64,000 bases of DNA, from contig JBJBDL010000003.1 of assembly GCA_047285305.1 (NCBI GenBank), positions 960,001 through 1,024,000 of the forward strand. The letters run 5' to 3'. A model generated the notes under the pieces. It worked only from the letters and a program-made list of their open reading frames with translations. It was not told the DNA's origin and ran no database searches. Origin of the DNA: Synechococcus sp. Its GTDB lineage: Bacteria; Cyanobacteriota; Cyanobacteriia; PCC-6307; Cyanobiaceae. Every line of letters begins with the position of its first letter. Within the stretch, counting starts at the first letter, position 1. A program made the translations under genes and the position numbers. Positions 10,041 to 20,227 of the stretch are shown piece after piece.

Positions 10041-10703
10041 TTGACCGATTCCTTCGCTGCGCGTTGGCAGGCGCTCCAGACAGGCCGCCCCTCTTCATCC
10101 AGGCTTCTGGCCGTCAGCAAAGGGCATCCAGCCGCGTCCGTGCGTTGCGTGGCGGAGCTTGGTCAGTTTGATTTCGGGGAAAGCCGCGTTCAGGAGGCTC
10201 TGCCGAAGCAAGAGGAGCTGATCGATCTGAACTTGCGCTGGCATTTCATCGGTCGCCTGCAAAGCAACAAAGTGCGGCCGGTGGTGAAGGCCTTCGATGT
10301 CATTCACTCGGTGGATTCCCTGGCGCTGGCCGAACGGTTGTCGCGCATTGCCTTGGAGGAGGGCCGTCAGCCTGAAGTGCTGCTGCAGGTGAAACTGCGC
10401 CCCGATCCCAGTAAAGGGGGCTTGTCGGCCGATGAACTCGGTGCCATTTGGTCCGACCTGCAGGCTCTGCCGGGGTTGCGGATCTCGGGTCTGATGACCA
10501 TGGCGCCGCTCGACATGGCCGCAGGGCAGCGCAAGGCGCTGTTTTCCGACTGCCGTGCCCTGGCGGATCGGCTGGCCTTGACGGAGTGCTCGATGGGGAT
10601 GAGCACGGACTGGAAAGAGGCTGCTGAAGCGGGCAGCACCTGGCTCAGGATCGGTTCGGCCCTGTTCGGTCCGAGATTGGTGTCAACAGACGCTGCGAAT
10701 TGA
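10041..10703 (+). CDS. pipY: PLP homeostasis protein (YggS/PipY)
   Basis: LLAVSK, FGESRVQEA, WHFIGRLQSNK, GLMTM, SMGMS.D, RIGSALFG; TTG start at 10041. Confidence 0.92.
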   Translation: MTDSFAARWQALQTGRPSSSRLLAVSKGHPAASVRCVAELGQFDFGESRVQEALPKQEELIDLNLRWHFIGRLQSNKVRPVVKAFDVIHSVDSLALAERLSRIALEEGRQPEVLLQVKLRPDPSKGGLSADELGAIWSDLQALPGLRISGLMTMAPLDMAAGQRKALFSDCRALADRLALTECSMGMSTDWKEAAEAGSTWLRIGSALFGPRLVSTDAAN

Positions 10704-10778
10704 CTTGCCCCGCCGCAGCGAAAACGGTATCCAGGGACATGGTTTTCGAACCACATACAGACCGAGAGGAATCCCAAG

Positions 10779-11345
10779 GTGTCGCTGATCTCCCGTCTCC
10801 GTGCCGTCGTCGCTGGCGATGACTATCTCGATGGCGAATTGGATGATTTCGCCTACGACGACGAGCAAGATGACCAGGACCAGCGCGCCCTGCAGGCTGA
10901 CGGTGGTGCACTAGCCACCATTGGAGACTCCAACCCGTTTGATTTGGGTGGTGATCTGCCTGGATCCAACGTAATCGGCATGCCCGGCATCAGCAGTGCT
11001 GTGTCCGAGGTGAATGTGATGGAACCCCGCAGCTTCGACGAAATGCCTCGGGCCATACAGGCGCTGCGGGAGCGTAAGACCGTGATCCTCAACCTCACGA
11101 TGATGGAGCCCGACCAGGCCCAGCGGGCTGTTGATTTCGTCGCTGGTGGCACCTTCGCGATCGATGGACACCAGGAGCGCGTCGGTGAGAGCATCTTCCT
11201 GTTCGCCCCAAGCTGCGTCACCGTGACCAACACCGGTCAAGATGACGCCTCGGCTCCAACGGTGGTGAGCCGTGAGGCCGATGTGGCGGATGTCGACGAA
11301 TCCGCCAGCGCACCCTCGCCCGCCTGGGGGGCAGCCGCTCCCTGA
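10779..11345 (+). CDS. sepF: Cell division protein SepF
   Basis: [38 protein letters not shown]. Confidence 0.93.
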   Translation: MSLISRLRAVVAGDDYLDGELDDFAYDDEQDDQDQRALQADGGALATIGDSNPFDLGGDLPGSNVIGMPGISSAVSEVNVMEPRSFDEMPRAIQALRERKTVILNLTMMEPDQAQRAVDFVAGGTFAIDGHQERVGESIFLFAPSCVTVTNTGQDDASAPTVVSREADVADVDESASAPSPAWGAAAP

Positions 11346-11353
11346 AATCCACA

Positions 11354-12166
11354 GTGCAGCCAGCTTTCGGTGTGATCGGCCTGGGTCGCATGGCTCAGGC
11401 CCTCGTGGTTCCTCTCTTGGAGCATGGACGGATTCCGGCCGACCAGCTGTTGGCGGTGGTCGGAGGATCTGGCTCGCTTGAGCAACGACGTGGGACCCTG
11501 CCGGCTGACATCGGTTTGGTTACCGCTGATGATCCTTCCGCTCAGCAGGTCTGGACGGCTCCGATCCAGCTGCTCGCGGTGAAGCCGCAGCAACTTGATG
11601 CTGTTGCGGCAGCTGCTGGACCTGTTGTTGGTCAACCGCTGCTGATCTCTGTGTTGGCAGGGGTGTCTTTGGCGCGGTTGCAGCATTTGTTTCCCGGTCA
11701 TCGCTCTGTTCGGGCGGTGCCCAACACCCCTGCGCTGGTGGGAGCTGGGTTGACAGCTCTGGCCTGGGGGGAGGGAATCGACCAAGTGCAACGGGATCAA
11801 GTGCGGCAGCTGTTCGCCGATGTGGGCGAAGTTTTGGAGTTGGCGGAAGCCAAGCTCGATGCGTTCCTGGCCCTCACCTCGTCGGGCCCTGCCTTTGTGG
11901 CCCTAGTGGCGGAAGCCATGGCCGATGGGGCGGTTGCGGCCGGTCTTCCCAGGGATCTGGCCCTACGGCTGAGCCACCGCACCCTGGCTGGAACAGCTGA
12001 GCTGCTGGACCGACGCGATCTGCACCCAGCCCAGGTCAAGGACATGGTCACCTCCCCGGGGGGCACCACCATCGCCGGCGTCCGCGCGCTGGAACGCATC
12101 GGCCTGCGTTCTGCCTTGATCGAAGCGGTTGTAGCTGCTGCGGAACGCAGCCGAGAGCTGGCCTAG
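11354..12166 (+). CDS. proC: Pyrroline-5-carboxylate reductase
   Basis: GVIGLGRM, LAVKPQ, PNTP, SSGPA, VTSPGGTTIAG. Confidence 0.95.
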   Translation: MQPAFGVIGLGRMAQALVVPLLEHGRIPADQLLAVVGGSGSLEQRRGTLPADIGLVTADDPSAQQVWTAPIQLLAVKPQQLDAVAAAAGPVVGQPLLISVLAGVSLARLQHLFPGHRSVRAVPNTPALVGAGLTALAWGEGIDQVQRDQVRQLFADVGEVLELAEAKLDAFLALTSSGPAFVALVAEAMADGAVAAGLPRDLALRLSHRTLAGTAELLDRRDLHPAQVKDMVTSPGGTTIAGVRALERIGLRSALIEAVVAAAERSRELA

Positions 12167-12915
12167 GGCAGCACCTCCGGCCATCCCTGCCGGATCAGCA
12201 GAAGCGAGAAGTAGGGGCGCGGGTCGGCTGCAACTGAATCCGCGCAACAGATCTGCTGGTCGGGCCAGCCGACCCGCTCGGCAAAAAGTGCTTGTTGCAG
12301 CAGGCCTCGCTGCTTCAGCAGGGGTTGTACCCAACTCCAGCGCCGACCCAGCTTCAGCAGGGCCAGAACTTGCCCCGTTGCCGCGGCTGTGTCAAGCACC
12401 CGCTCCAGCTCATCAGGCGTGTCGGGGCAAGGGCGCAACAGCAGTTGGTCTTGCTGCAGAGCGAGGGGCCAGAGGCCTGCAGCCGCGGCTGCCGAGCAGG
12501 AGGTGATCCCAGGAATCACGGTAATGGGACAGTCTGGCCACGCCTGATGAAGGGCCAGCAGCACGTAGCTGCAACTCGCAAATAGAGACGCATCTCCCTC
12601 ACACAGCAGTGCCACCTGCTGGCCAGAACGGATGGCCTGCTGCAGCTCCTGTGCCGCCGCTCCCCAGGCGGTGCGACGCGGTTCGGCGGCTTCCACCATT
12701 GGGAACAACAAGGGCAGGCGCTGATGGTCGCTGCGGATCCAGGCCGCGGCGATTTTGGCGGCCATGCTGTCGGCCCCCGGTCGTCCGACCGGGTAGGCCA
12801 CCACCTCCGCTCGGTGGATGGCTTCAACGGCGGCCAGGGTGAGCAGGGAAGGATCGCCCGGGCCGACCCCCACCAGTGTGAGACCCCCAGTCGTGGTGGG
12901 ATCGATGATGGTCAG
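12163..12915 (-). CDS. cobI: Precorrin-2 C20-methyltransferase
   Basis: GLTLVGVGPGDP.LLT, CEGDASLF, IPGITS, PYFSL; start uncertain (CTG 12915/12918 versus GTG 12873). Confidence 0.88.
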   Translation of the reverse strand: MTIIDPTTTGGLTLVGVGPGDPSLLTLAAVEAIHRAEVVAYPVGRPGADSMAAKIAAAWIRSDHQRLPLLFPMVEAAEPRRTAWGAAAQELQQAIRSGQQVALLCEGDASLFASCSYVLLALHQAWPDCPITVIPGITSCSAAAAAGLWPLALQQDQLLLRPCPDTPDELERVLDTAAATGQVLALLKLGRRWSWVQPLLKQRGLLQQALFAERVGWPDQQICCADSVAADPRPYFSLLLIRQGWPEVLP

Positions 12916-12941
12916 CAGTCGATGCGCCCGGGGTCCAGACG

Positions 12942-13502
12942 ATGAGTCGTCTCAGCATCTTTCCAGACGAAAGCGCAGCCCATGCTCCGAATGGGCCCAT
13001 GCCTGCGCTGGAGAGCGATGATCCGGTAGTGATTCAGACGGAGCTCAGCCGCCGGGGCATCGGCTTTGAGCAATGGCCGGCGGAGCAGGGCCTGCCGGAG
13101 GGGGCCGACCAGGCCACCATCCTCCAGGCCTATGCCGATGCCATTGCCCGGGTTCAACGTGATGGCGATTACGCGACGGTCGACGCGATTCGGATGACGC
13201 CGGATCACCCCGATCGTGAGCCCCTGCGCCGCAAGTTCCTTGAGGAGCACACCCATGCCGAAGACGAAGTGCGATTTTTTGTGGAAGGGTGCGGCTTGTT
13301 TGTGCTGCACATCGGTTCCGAGGTGCTCAGCATGCTGTGCGAACGGGGCGACCTGATGCGGGTCCCTGCCGGGACCCGGCATTGGTTTGACATGGGCTCT
13401 CAGCCTCAGTTCTGTGCTGTGCGTTGGTTCAATAACCCCGAGGGATGGGTGGCGCAGTTCACCGGCAGCAGCATCGCCCAGCGATTTCCCAGGCTTGACT
13501 GA
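12942..13502 (+). CDS. mtnD: Acireductone dioxygenase (methionine salvage)
   Basis: MSRLSIF, KFLEEHTHAEDEVRFFVEG.GLF, VPAGTRHWFDMG, GWVA.FTG. Confidence 0.93.
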   Translation: MSRLSIFPDESAAHAPNGPMPALESDDPVVIQTELSRRGIGFEQWPAEQGLPEGADQATILQAYADAIARVQRDGDYATVDAIRMTPDHPDREPLRRKFLEEHTHAEDEVRFFVEGCGLFVLHIGSEVLSMLCERGDLMRVPAGTRHWFDMGSQPQFCAVRWFNNPEGWVAQFTGSSIAQRFPRLD

Positions 13503-13523
13503 GGGGGCGTTCCAGAGACTTTG

Positions 13524-13694
13524 ATGCGTCTCCTCCGCACCTTTACTGCGCTCCTGCTGGCCGACAGCTGCGCCCTGGATCCAGCCAAGGAGGCTGAAGC
13601 GCTGCGGCTGGCCGAAAATGAACACGAACCTTTTCTCGAGCTGGGTCTCAGAGGGGGCGATGAGAACGCTGGCTTTTATTTCCTCAGCGAATAA
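13524..13694 (+). CDS. Short ORF (56 aa) with a signal-peptide-like N-terminus, possibly a gene remnant
   Basis: Read by hand: MRLLRTFTALLLADSCALDPAKEAEALRL...FYFLSE*; below the ORF-track length cutoff. Confidence 0.35.
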   Translation: MRLLRTFTALLLADSCALDPAKEAEALRLAENEHEPFLELGLRGGDENAGFYFLSE

Positions 13695-13733
13695 AAACCG
13701 CACATAGGGGTCCGGCCTGTTTGCCTGGCTGCT

Positions 13734-14294
13734 GTGGTCGTTCGGTCTTGTCTCGCGTTGAAGCTGCTGGCGCTGTTGGGCGTGCCTTGTTCTGACGCTG
13801 AGTTGGATCTGGCCTCTGCCTCCAGGCTCCCCACCACGTTGCCATCCACCTCCGCCAACGAGTCGGTCTTGGTGCTGAACCGCACCACGCGATCGCTCCA
13901 GCGCACGGGAGATCCCATCTGGAGTCTGCGTCTGGAAACCCCAGGTCAGCCCGTGCAGCACTTCGATGCCGACAGAGGTCGGGCCCACCGTCAGAATGCC
14001 GATCGCCTTCGCTTCGGCACCCGCGCGCCTCTCCCCGCCGGTCTCTAAGTCCTTGGCCCGGTGGAGCCCCTGGGTCCCGCTGATCCCCGGGAGCTCGGGC
14101 CCATCTGGATTGGGATTGAACCGCAGTTCCCCACTGGTCGAGGTCATCTGGGCATTCATCTCGACCCCAGTGCCAACTGCAATTCCAACAGCGGCACGCT
14201 CGGCTGTTTTGGCTTGATTCGCTGGGACGACATGCAGGCCCTGGCGGGTCTGGTGCAGCGCCGTAACGTCCGAACATTGGTGGTCAGCGAGTCA
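13734..14294 (+). pseudogene. Disrupted L,D-transpeptidase-like (YkuD/Tlde1-like) exported protein
   Basis: ORFs 13734-14048 and 14061- share a frame and are split by TAA at 14046-14048 (PLPAGL*VLGPVEP); GIHLD...GTLGC His/Cys motif lies downstream of the stop. Confidence 0.6.
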
Positions 14295-14813
14295 ATGTTC
14301 TCTGATTGGGGCTTTAGTTGGGGCGGCTGGTTGGACAACCGCCGGGGTGAGTGGTGGCTGCTGGCCCAGCTGCTGCTGATCAAGGCCCATTTGCTGCCGG
14401 TCTGGCCAGCTCCTGCCAGCTTCGGTGTGGCGATTTGGCCCAAACCCTTGTTCGGGCTGGGCTTGCTGCTGTTGGCTTTTGGCCTGTTTCGGGCCCTTGA
14501 GGCGTTTCGCTGTCTCGGGGCCAGCCTTTCGCCGCTGCCGGCGCCCAAGCCGGCGAATCAGTTGATCGCCACAGGCTCCTACGCCATCTGCCGGCATCCC
14601 TTGTACCGGGCGGTATTGCTTTGTTCCGCAGGAGTATTGCTGGCCACAGGCAGCCCTCTGCACCTGTTGCTGTTGGTCAGCCTGGCGGCTGTGCTGCGGG
14701 GCAAAGCTCGCTTCGAGGAGCAGGGGTTGCGGGCGCTGCATCCGGATTACAGCCAATACGCCGCGGTCACCCCTGCGATTTTGGGTTGGGTTCCTGGCTT
14801 GGACTGGCGCTGA
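14295..14813 (+). CDS. Isoprenylcysteine carboxyl methyltransferase / PEMT family membrane protein
   Basis: LGASLSPLPAP...LIATGSY..CRHPLY, KARFEE..L...HPDY..Y. Confidence 0.82.
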   Translation: MFSDWGFSWGGWLDNRRGEWWLLAQLLLIKAHLLPVWPAPASFGVAIWPKPLFGLGLLLLAFGLFRALEAFRCLGASLSPLPAPKPANQLIATGSYAICRHPLYRAVLLCSAGVLLATGSPLHLLLLVSLAAVLRGKARFEEQGLRALHPDYSQYAAVTPAILGWVPGLDWR

Positions 14814-14822
14814 TGGCCTGGC

Positions 14823-15992
14823 TCAGGCGGCGACCGTGCTGGTCTGCATCAGGTCCATATAGAGCTGTTCGAGGGCGTCAATGTTGCTGGAAATTGTGTA
14901 GCGCTCCAAGGCGCGGAGTCGGGCTTTGCGGCCCAGTTCTGCGGTCAGCACAGGCTGGTCCCTGAGCACCGGCAGCAGCGTGCGCAACTGGGTAGTGACT
15001 CCCTGGGTGCTCAGCACGATTCCCGCCCCTTGCTCCAGCACCTCACCATCGGCACCGGCATCGGTGGCCACGCAGGCTGTTCCGCTGGCCATCGCCTCCA
15101 GCAAGGCCAGCGACAGGCCCTCCACAAGGCTCGGCAGGATGAAGATCTCAGCGCACTGGAGCAGAGCAACCCGGGTGTCCAGGTCTGGCTCGTGGCCCCA
15201 CCAGAGGATCCGATCGTCGTTGAACTGGTTCATCAGGCTGTTGCGCAGCGGCCCGTCGCCGACGATCACCAACCGGCAGCCCTCCGGTGAAACCAGCCGC
15301 CAGGCCCGCAGCAGGGCTTCAACGTTCTTCTCCGTTGCAAGGCGCCCCATGTAGAGGAAAATTCGTTCTCGTCCCAGCCGTTGCCGCACCTGCTGATGCA
15401 TCAGCGAAAGGGTGCCGGGGCTGGTGGGGCACCAGCGGTCGGTGTCCACACCATTGGGAATCACCGTTAGTCGATCGGCTGGAACGCCCAGGCGCTCGAG
15501 AAAGTCCGCCTGAAGCTGTGAAAACACGATCACCCGGTCATAGCGGGCCAGGGCCGGTGCATACAGCTGGTACGTGAGCTGTTGGGTGCCCGCCGTCAGG
15601 TTGCGCAGGCCTGCATCGAAGGGTGGATGAAAGGTGGCCACCAGGGGCACGCCCAGCTGCTGACAGAGCTCTGGCAGGCGGAAATCCAGGGGCGAAAGGG
15701 TGAGGCTGGCGTGCACGAGATCGGGCTGCAGCCGCTCCAGGGATTCCCTCAGCTCCCGCTGGGCTCCGGGCGAAGGGATCGTGTAGACCTGCGATTTGAC
15801 CAGGTAGGGGAGGCTGACGTCAGGGTCGTTGGCCAGCAGCGATGTGTTGTCGCGCTCCGGGCTGCGCGGGTTATCGAAATGGATGAAGTGCACCTGATGC
15901 CCGCGTTTGCGCAGGGCCTCCGTGGTGCTGATCCCGTAGGACACATTCCCGCAGAAGGGAGACTTCTTGCCGAGCCACGCAATCTGCGCCAA
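14823..15992 (-). CDS. Glycosyltransferase family 4
   Basis: IPNGVD, GRLATEKNV, VGDGPL, PSLVEGLSLALLEAMASG. Confidence 0.9.
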   Translation of the reverse strand: MAQIAWLGKKSPFCGNVSYGISTTEALRKRGHQVHFIHFDNPRSPERDNTSLLANDPDVSLPYLVKSQVYTIPSPGAQRELRESLERLQPDLVHASLTLSPLDFRLPELCQQLGVPLVATFHPPFDAGLRNLTAGTQQLTYQLYAPALARYDRVIVFSQLQADFLERLGVPADRLTVIPNGVDTDRWCPTSPGTLSLMHQQVRQRLGRERIFLYMGRLATEKNVEALLRAWRLVSPEGCRLVIVGDGPLRNSLMNQFNDDRILWWGHEPDLDTRVALLQCAEIFILPSLVEGLSLALLEAMASGTACVATDAGADGEVLEQGAGIVLSTQGVTTQLRTLLPVLRDQPVLTAELGRKARLRALERYTISSNIDALEQLYMDLMQTSTVAA

Positions 15993-16024
15993 GCGGGTTG
16001 GGCCTCATCAGGCGAAGAGGCAAG

Positions 16025-17404
16025 TTAGCAGCGTTGCCACGGCCGTTCGATCAACGCCGCCACCAGGGCCAAACCCGCGAGCAGCCACAGCACCGGTTGA
16101 AGCCCCATGCTGCTGACCAAGGTGCCCGCCAGCACCAGCGGCAGACTCAGGGCAATGTTGATCAGGTTGTTCTGCAGTCCGAACACCCTGCCGCGCTCGG
16201 TTTCGGGGGTTTCTTCCTGAATCGTGGTCTGCGCTGGGATCGCCACCAGAGCTGCGCCGATGCCCAGGATTCCGCAGAGGCTCAGGGTGAAGGCCAGGGA
16301 TCCCCGCAGCTGGCTGAGCAGCACCAGGGTCCAGGTGATGGTTCCCAGCCCTGCTGCCGTGAGCCGGCGGCGGCTGAACCGGTGGCCCAGCTGGGCGATC
16401 ACCACGGCTCCGATCGCCATGCCCAGCCCACTCATGGCCAGCAGGGCACCAAAGCCTGAGGGGCCCAGGTTCTCGATCAGGGCAGCCAGCTGTAGCGCCA
16501 ACACATAAAGCGCTGCCAACAAGCTGTAGAGCAGCACCAGATGAATCATGGCGCCACGCACCGACGGCACCCGGCGCAGCACCTGCAATCCTTCGCCGAT
16601 CTCCGTCCACACAGATGTATTGGAGGGAGGCTTGGGGGCTTCCTGCAGCTTCAGGCGTGACAGGCTGAGGGCCGCAAGGCCGTAACAGAGCGGAAGCAGC
16701 AGAAACTCCCCGCCATCAATGCCGATGATCGCCAGGCTGCTGTGCAGGGCGCGAAGAATCGGTTCCCCCAGCGCGAAGCCCAGGATCGTCGCCCCCATGC
16801 TGGTGGCTTGGTAGAGGGAGTTGGCTGCCAACAGGTGATCTCCCGGAACCACCACAGGAATCGTGGCCTGTTCCGAGGGGGCGAAAAACTGGGTCAGGAT
16901 CGACTCCAGGAAGGTCATGCCCACCAGCCCCCAGTAGCCCCAGGGCAGACCAAGCCAGACGGGCCCCGGCAGCAGACAGAGCGGTGCGAACACCACCAAC
17001 AGGGCTCGTATGGCATTGCTGGCCACCATCACCCGACGCTTGGGCCAGCGGTCAGCCCAGACCCCAGCAACCGTTCCCAGCAGCATGGCCGGGATGGTGT
17101 TGGCCACAAAGATGCCTGTGGCTAGAAGGGTGATCACCTGTGTGCGTGTGCTGATGTCCAGGCCGTAATCCGAGGCCATCTCCGCCAGCAGGCCACTTCC
17201 CTGCCCCTTCAGCAGCAGGTGCTGATCGATCAGGAAGACCATCAGCACGATATAGAACTTGTCCGCCAGCTGGGAAAAGATCTGGCCCAGCCAGAGTTTG
17301 CGGAAGTCCTTGAGGCGCAGCACGGCTTCCAAGCCGCGCTTTCCCTCAGGGTTGCTGCCGGTGGGCAGAGCGGGTTCAGGGGTGGTGAGGCTCGGTCCGC
17401 TCAA
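16025..17404 (-). CDS. MFS transporter
   Basis: FRKLWLGQIFSQLAD, AGVWADRWPKRRVM (motif A), about 12 hydrophobic segments. Confidence 0.88.
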   Translation of the reverse strand: MSGPSLTTPEPALPTGSNPEGKRGLEAVLRLKDFRKLWLGQIFSQLADKFYIVLMVFLIDQHLLLKGQGSGLLAEMASDYGLDISTRTQVITLLATGIFVANTIPAMLLGTVAGVWADRWPKRRVMVASNAIRALLVVFAPLCLLPGPVWLGLPWGYWGLVGMTFLESILTQFFAPSEQATIPVVVPGDHLLAANSLYQATSMGATILGFALGEPILRALHSSLAIIGIDGGEFLLLPLCYGLAALSLSRLKLQEAPKPPSNTSVWTEIGEGLQVLRRVPSVRGAMIHLVLLYSLLAALYVLALQLAALIENLGPSGFGALLAMSGLGMAIGAVVIAQLGHRFSRRRLTAAGLGTITWTLVLLSQLRGSLAFTLSLCGILGIGAALVAIPAQTTIQEETPETERGRVFGLQNNLINIALSLPLVLAGTLVSSMGLQPVLWLLAGLALVAALIERPWQRC

Positions 17405-17432
17405 GGGGCAATTGCATCGCGGCCATGATGGC

Positions 17433-18206
17433 TCACGCGCCTCCCAGGAGCGTCTCTCGCAGCATGGCCAGGGCTTTGCTGGGTCGGTTCAGATGCGTCC
17501 GGCTCCAGATCTCAACCACTCGCAGCAGCCGGCGCCACACGGCTGGGGGGCCCATCAGCTCACCGTCCCTGCGACGGGGCAGTTCGGCCCGGGTCAGTCG
17601 CTGGAGCAGGGCGAGTTCGGAGGGATTCAGCTGAATCGCCGCCCCAGGCTGCTCATCGATCGCAAAGCCGTCCTCCGGCAGCAGGCTGCAGCGCCAGTCC
17701 CACTGCCCCAGCGGTGGCTCAAGGGGATCGCCTGTGATGCAGCAGGTCTGTAACGGCAGTCCATAACCGCCCAGGGTGAGCAGATGGATGCAGGCCTGGA
17801 CCGTGCCGGCCAGTACCAGCTCCGGGTCGGCTCGGTGCTCCTCCAGGCGTTCCAGGTGCAGCTGCATCGTGTCCAGCAGCCCGTCCACGGGATCCTGGGC
17901 CGCCAGTTGAAGGCACAGATCACACAGCGCCTGCGCCGCAGCCAGGGTTTCCAGTTGTTGCCCAAGACCGGAAAAACTGCGCAGCACCCGCAGTTGTCGC
18001 ACCCGGGCCAGGCCGTTGCGTCCTCCCACCTGCAGTTCCAGCAGGGTGAGGGGGGCCGCGGCGGCCAGACTGCTCTTGGGTCGGCGTGCTCCGGGAACGG
18101 CGAAGCGACTGACGCCCTCCACATCACTGAGCAGGCTCAGCAGGCGGTCATGTTCGCCGAGGGGGCCCACCTTGAGGGCGAGTCCGGTGAGGCGTCGTTC
18201 TGCCAT
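17433..18206 (-). CDS. recO: DNA repair protein RecO
   Basis: LGEHDRLL.LL....G......PGARRPKS OB-fold start; adjacent to deoC. Confidence 0.88.
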   Translation of the reverse strand: MAERRLTGLALKVGPLGEHDRLLSLLSDVEGVSRFAVPGARRPKSSLAAAAPLTLLELQVGGRNGLARVRQLRVLRSFSGLGQQLETLAAAQALCDLCLQLAAQDPVDGLLDTMQLHLERLEEHRADPELVLAGTVQACIHLLTLGGYGLPLQTCCITGDPLEPPLGQWDWRCSLLPEDGFAIDEQPGAAIQLNPSELALLQRLTRAELPRRRDGELMGPPAVWRRLLRVVEIWSRTHLNRPSKALAMLRETLLGGA

Positions 18207-18887
18207 TCAGGCCGCGGGGCGGCGCTGGGCCTGCAGAAGAGCCGGCGCGCTGCTGGTGCCCAGCAGATCGGCCCCCGCCAACAAAAGCTCCCCCGCATGG
18301 CTGAGGCTATGAATGCCCCCGGCTGCCTTGATGGCGCAGCGTTTGCGGATCAGCTGTTTCAACGCAAGGATCTGATCGGCATGACAGGCCGGGCCAAAGC
18401 CGTTGCTGGTCTGAAGTCCCGCAGCGCCAGCATCAATGGCGGCCTCCACGGCCAGTTCCAGCTGTTCGCTCTCCAGACGGGCCATGTCCAGGACTGCCCG
18501 CACTGGAAGCCCCAGCTCGCAGAGGGCGGCGAGTTCCTCGGCAAACGCGCCTGAATCGCCATGGGCCAAAGCGCTGAAATCGGGCACGACATCGAGCTCT
18601 TGGGCGCCATGGGCGGCACACCACTCCGCTTCCGCCAGCTTGAGCTCAGCGGGAATGGCTCCGAAGGGAAAGCCGATGGCCGCCACCAGGCAGGGGCCTG
18701 CGTCGGTGGTCCCGATGCGTTCCCGCAGCAGCGGAAGCTGACGCGGTGTGGTGCAGATGGCCCTCACGCCCTCCTGCATCCCGGAATCACAGAGGGCCTG
18801 GAGCTGGTTCCGGGTCAGCAGGGGGTCGAGGATCGCCTGATCAAGCCGGGGGGGTAGGGCGGGGAGCTCTTGGGCTGGATCAGCCAT
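18207..18887 (-). CDS. deoC: Deoxyribose-phosphate aldolase
   Basis: IGFPFG, GAQELDVV, TSNGFG, IKAAGGI, LGTSS; alternative start 18905. Confidence 0.85.
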   Translation of the reverse strand: MADPAQELPALPPRLDQAILDPLLTRNQLQALCDSGMQEGVRAICTTPRQLPLLRERIGTTDAGPCLVAAIGFPFGAIPAELKLAEAEWCAAHGAQELDVVPDFSALAHGDSGAFAEELAALCELGLPVRAVLDMARLESEQLELAVEAAIDAGAAGLQTSNGFGPACHADQILALKQLIRKRCAIKAAGGIHSLSHAGELLLAGADLLGTSSAPALLQAQRRPAA

Positions 18888-18901
18888 GGCGGGCCGGGAG
18901 G

Positions 18902-19489
18902 TCACTCACGAGCCTGAATCACCCCATACCCCCCGTGGTTGCGTCGGTAGATCACCTGCAGCTGATCGCTCTCCTTCTCCCGGAACAGGTAAAAGTCGTG
19001 GTCGATCAGATCCAGTTGGCGGCGTGCCTCCTCCAGGCCCATGGGCGGCATGGCGAAATATTTGCGTCGCACTCCCGGATCCGGCAGTTCCGCCTCACGC
19101 CCTTGCAGAAGGGAGGATTCAACGGGGGATGCATCGTTGACCACATCCGTGCTGGGGGTGTGGCTGGCGCTGTGGCCGTGACTGTGGTGGTGATCGCTGT
19201 GGCGTTCCTTCCAGCGGCGCAGTTGGCGGGCCAGCTTCCCCGCGGCCAGATCGATGCTGGCGTAAAGGTTTTCACTGCGTTCCTGGGCGCGGATCACCGT
19301 GCCGTTGGCAAAGACCGTCACCTCGGCGGTCTGCTGAGGCACACGGGGATTGCGGGCCACCGAGAGATGGACGTCGGCCTCGCGAACAGCATCGCCGAAG
19401 TGCGATGTGGCCCGCTCCAACTTGGTTTGGGTGTAATCCCGCAACGACGGCGTGATCTCGAGGTTGCGACCATGGATCAGCAACTTCAT
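18902..19489 (-). CDS. hpf: Ribosome hibernation promoting factor (long HPF/LrtA)
   Basis: [43 protein letters not shown]. Confidence 0.93.
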   Translation of the reverse strand: MKLLIHGRNLEITPSLRDYTQTKLERATSHFGDAVREADVHLSVARNPRVPQQTAEVTVFANGTVIRAQERSENLYASIDLAAGKLARQLRRWKERHSDHHHSHGHSASHTPSTDVVNDASPVESSLLQGREAELPDPGVRRKYFAMPPMGLEEARRQLDLIDHDFYLFREKESDQLQVIYRRNHGGYGVIQARE

Positions 19490-19500
19490 GCCTCGCTCCT

Positions 19501-20199
19501 GTGCCGGTTGTTATCGGCAAGCTAGAACCGGCGCACGATTCGGCCCACCCCCAGCGTGCATTTCTTTTCGAGCCTGGTGATCCGGTTCGATTCGATGCCG
19601 CCTGGTCGGCGCAACAGCGCTGGCAGAGCAGCCTGCTGGCTGATCCATCGGCTCCGGAGGCGGTCTGGATCTTGCAGCACCAGACCTGCTACACCCTCGG
19701 CCGTGGTGCCAGCGAGGAGCACCTGCATTTCGATCCTGCAGAGCCACCGGCACCCCTGTATCGGATCAATCGGGGCGGGGAGGTGACCCATCACCTGCCC
19801 GGCCAACTGGTGGCCTACCCGGTGTTGGACCTTCAGCGGCGCACTCCCGATTTGCATTGGTATCTGCGGCAGCTGGAACAAGTCGTTCTGGATGTTCTGG
19901 CGGAGTTGGGCCTCGAGGGTCAGCGTCTGCCGGGGTTGACCGGCCTCTGGTTGAACAACCGCAAGGTCGCCGCCATCGGTGTGGGTTGTCGCCGCTGGAT
20001 CACCCAGCACGGCCTGGCCCTGAACGTTGATTGCTCGATGCAGGGGTTTGAGCGGGTCACCCCCTGTGGGCTCACCGGTCGTGAGGTCGGGCGGCTTGCG
20101 GATTGGTTGCCAGGGTTGACGTCGGATGAGGTGCAGCCGTTGCTTCGGCAAGCCCTGGCCCATCGTTTCGGTCTGGTCTGGGAGGAGGAAGCGAGATAG
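19501..20199 (+). CDS. lipB: Lipoyl(octanoyl) transferase
   Basis: QH...[38 protein letters not shown]. Confidence 0.93.
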   Translation: MPVVIGKLEPAHDSAHPQRAFLFEPGDPVRFDAAWSAQQRWQSSLLADPSAPEAVWILQHQTCYTLGRGASEEHLHFDPAEPPAPLYRINRGGEVTHHLPGQLVAYPVLDLQRRTPDLHWYLRQLEQVVLDVLAELGLEGQRLPGLTGLWLNNRKVAAIGVGCRRWITQHGLALNVDCSMQGFERVTPCGLTGREVGRLADWLPGLTSDEVQPLLRQALAHRFGLVWEEEAR

Positions 20200-20227
20200 A
20201 CCTGAGCTGTTTGAACCCCTGCCTCGG

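Noticed and set aside
12912..14159. 415-aa minus-strand ORF spanning mtnD and the decayed locus
   Set aside because: Antisense to a clear mtnD and no recognisable domain
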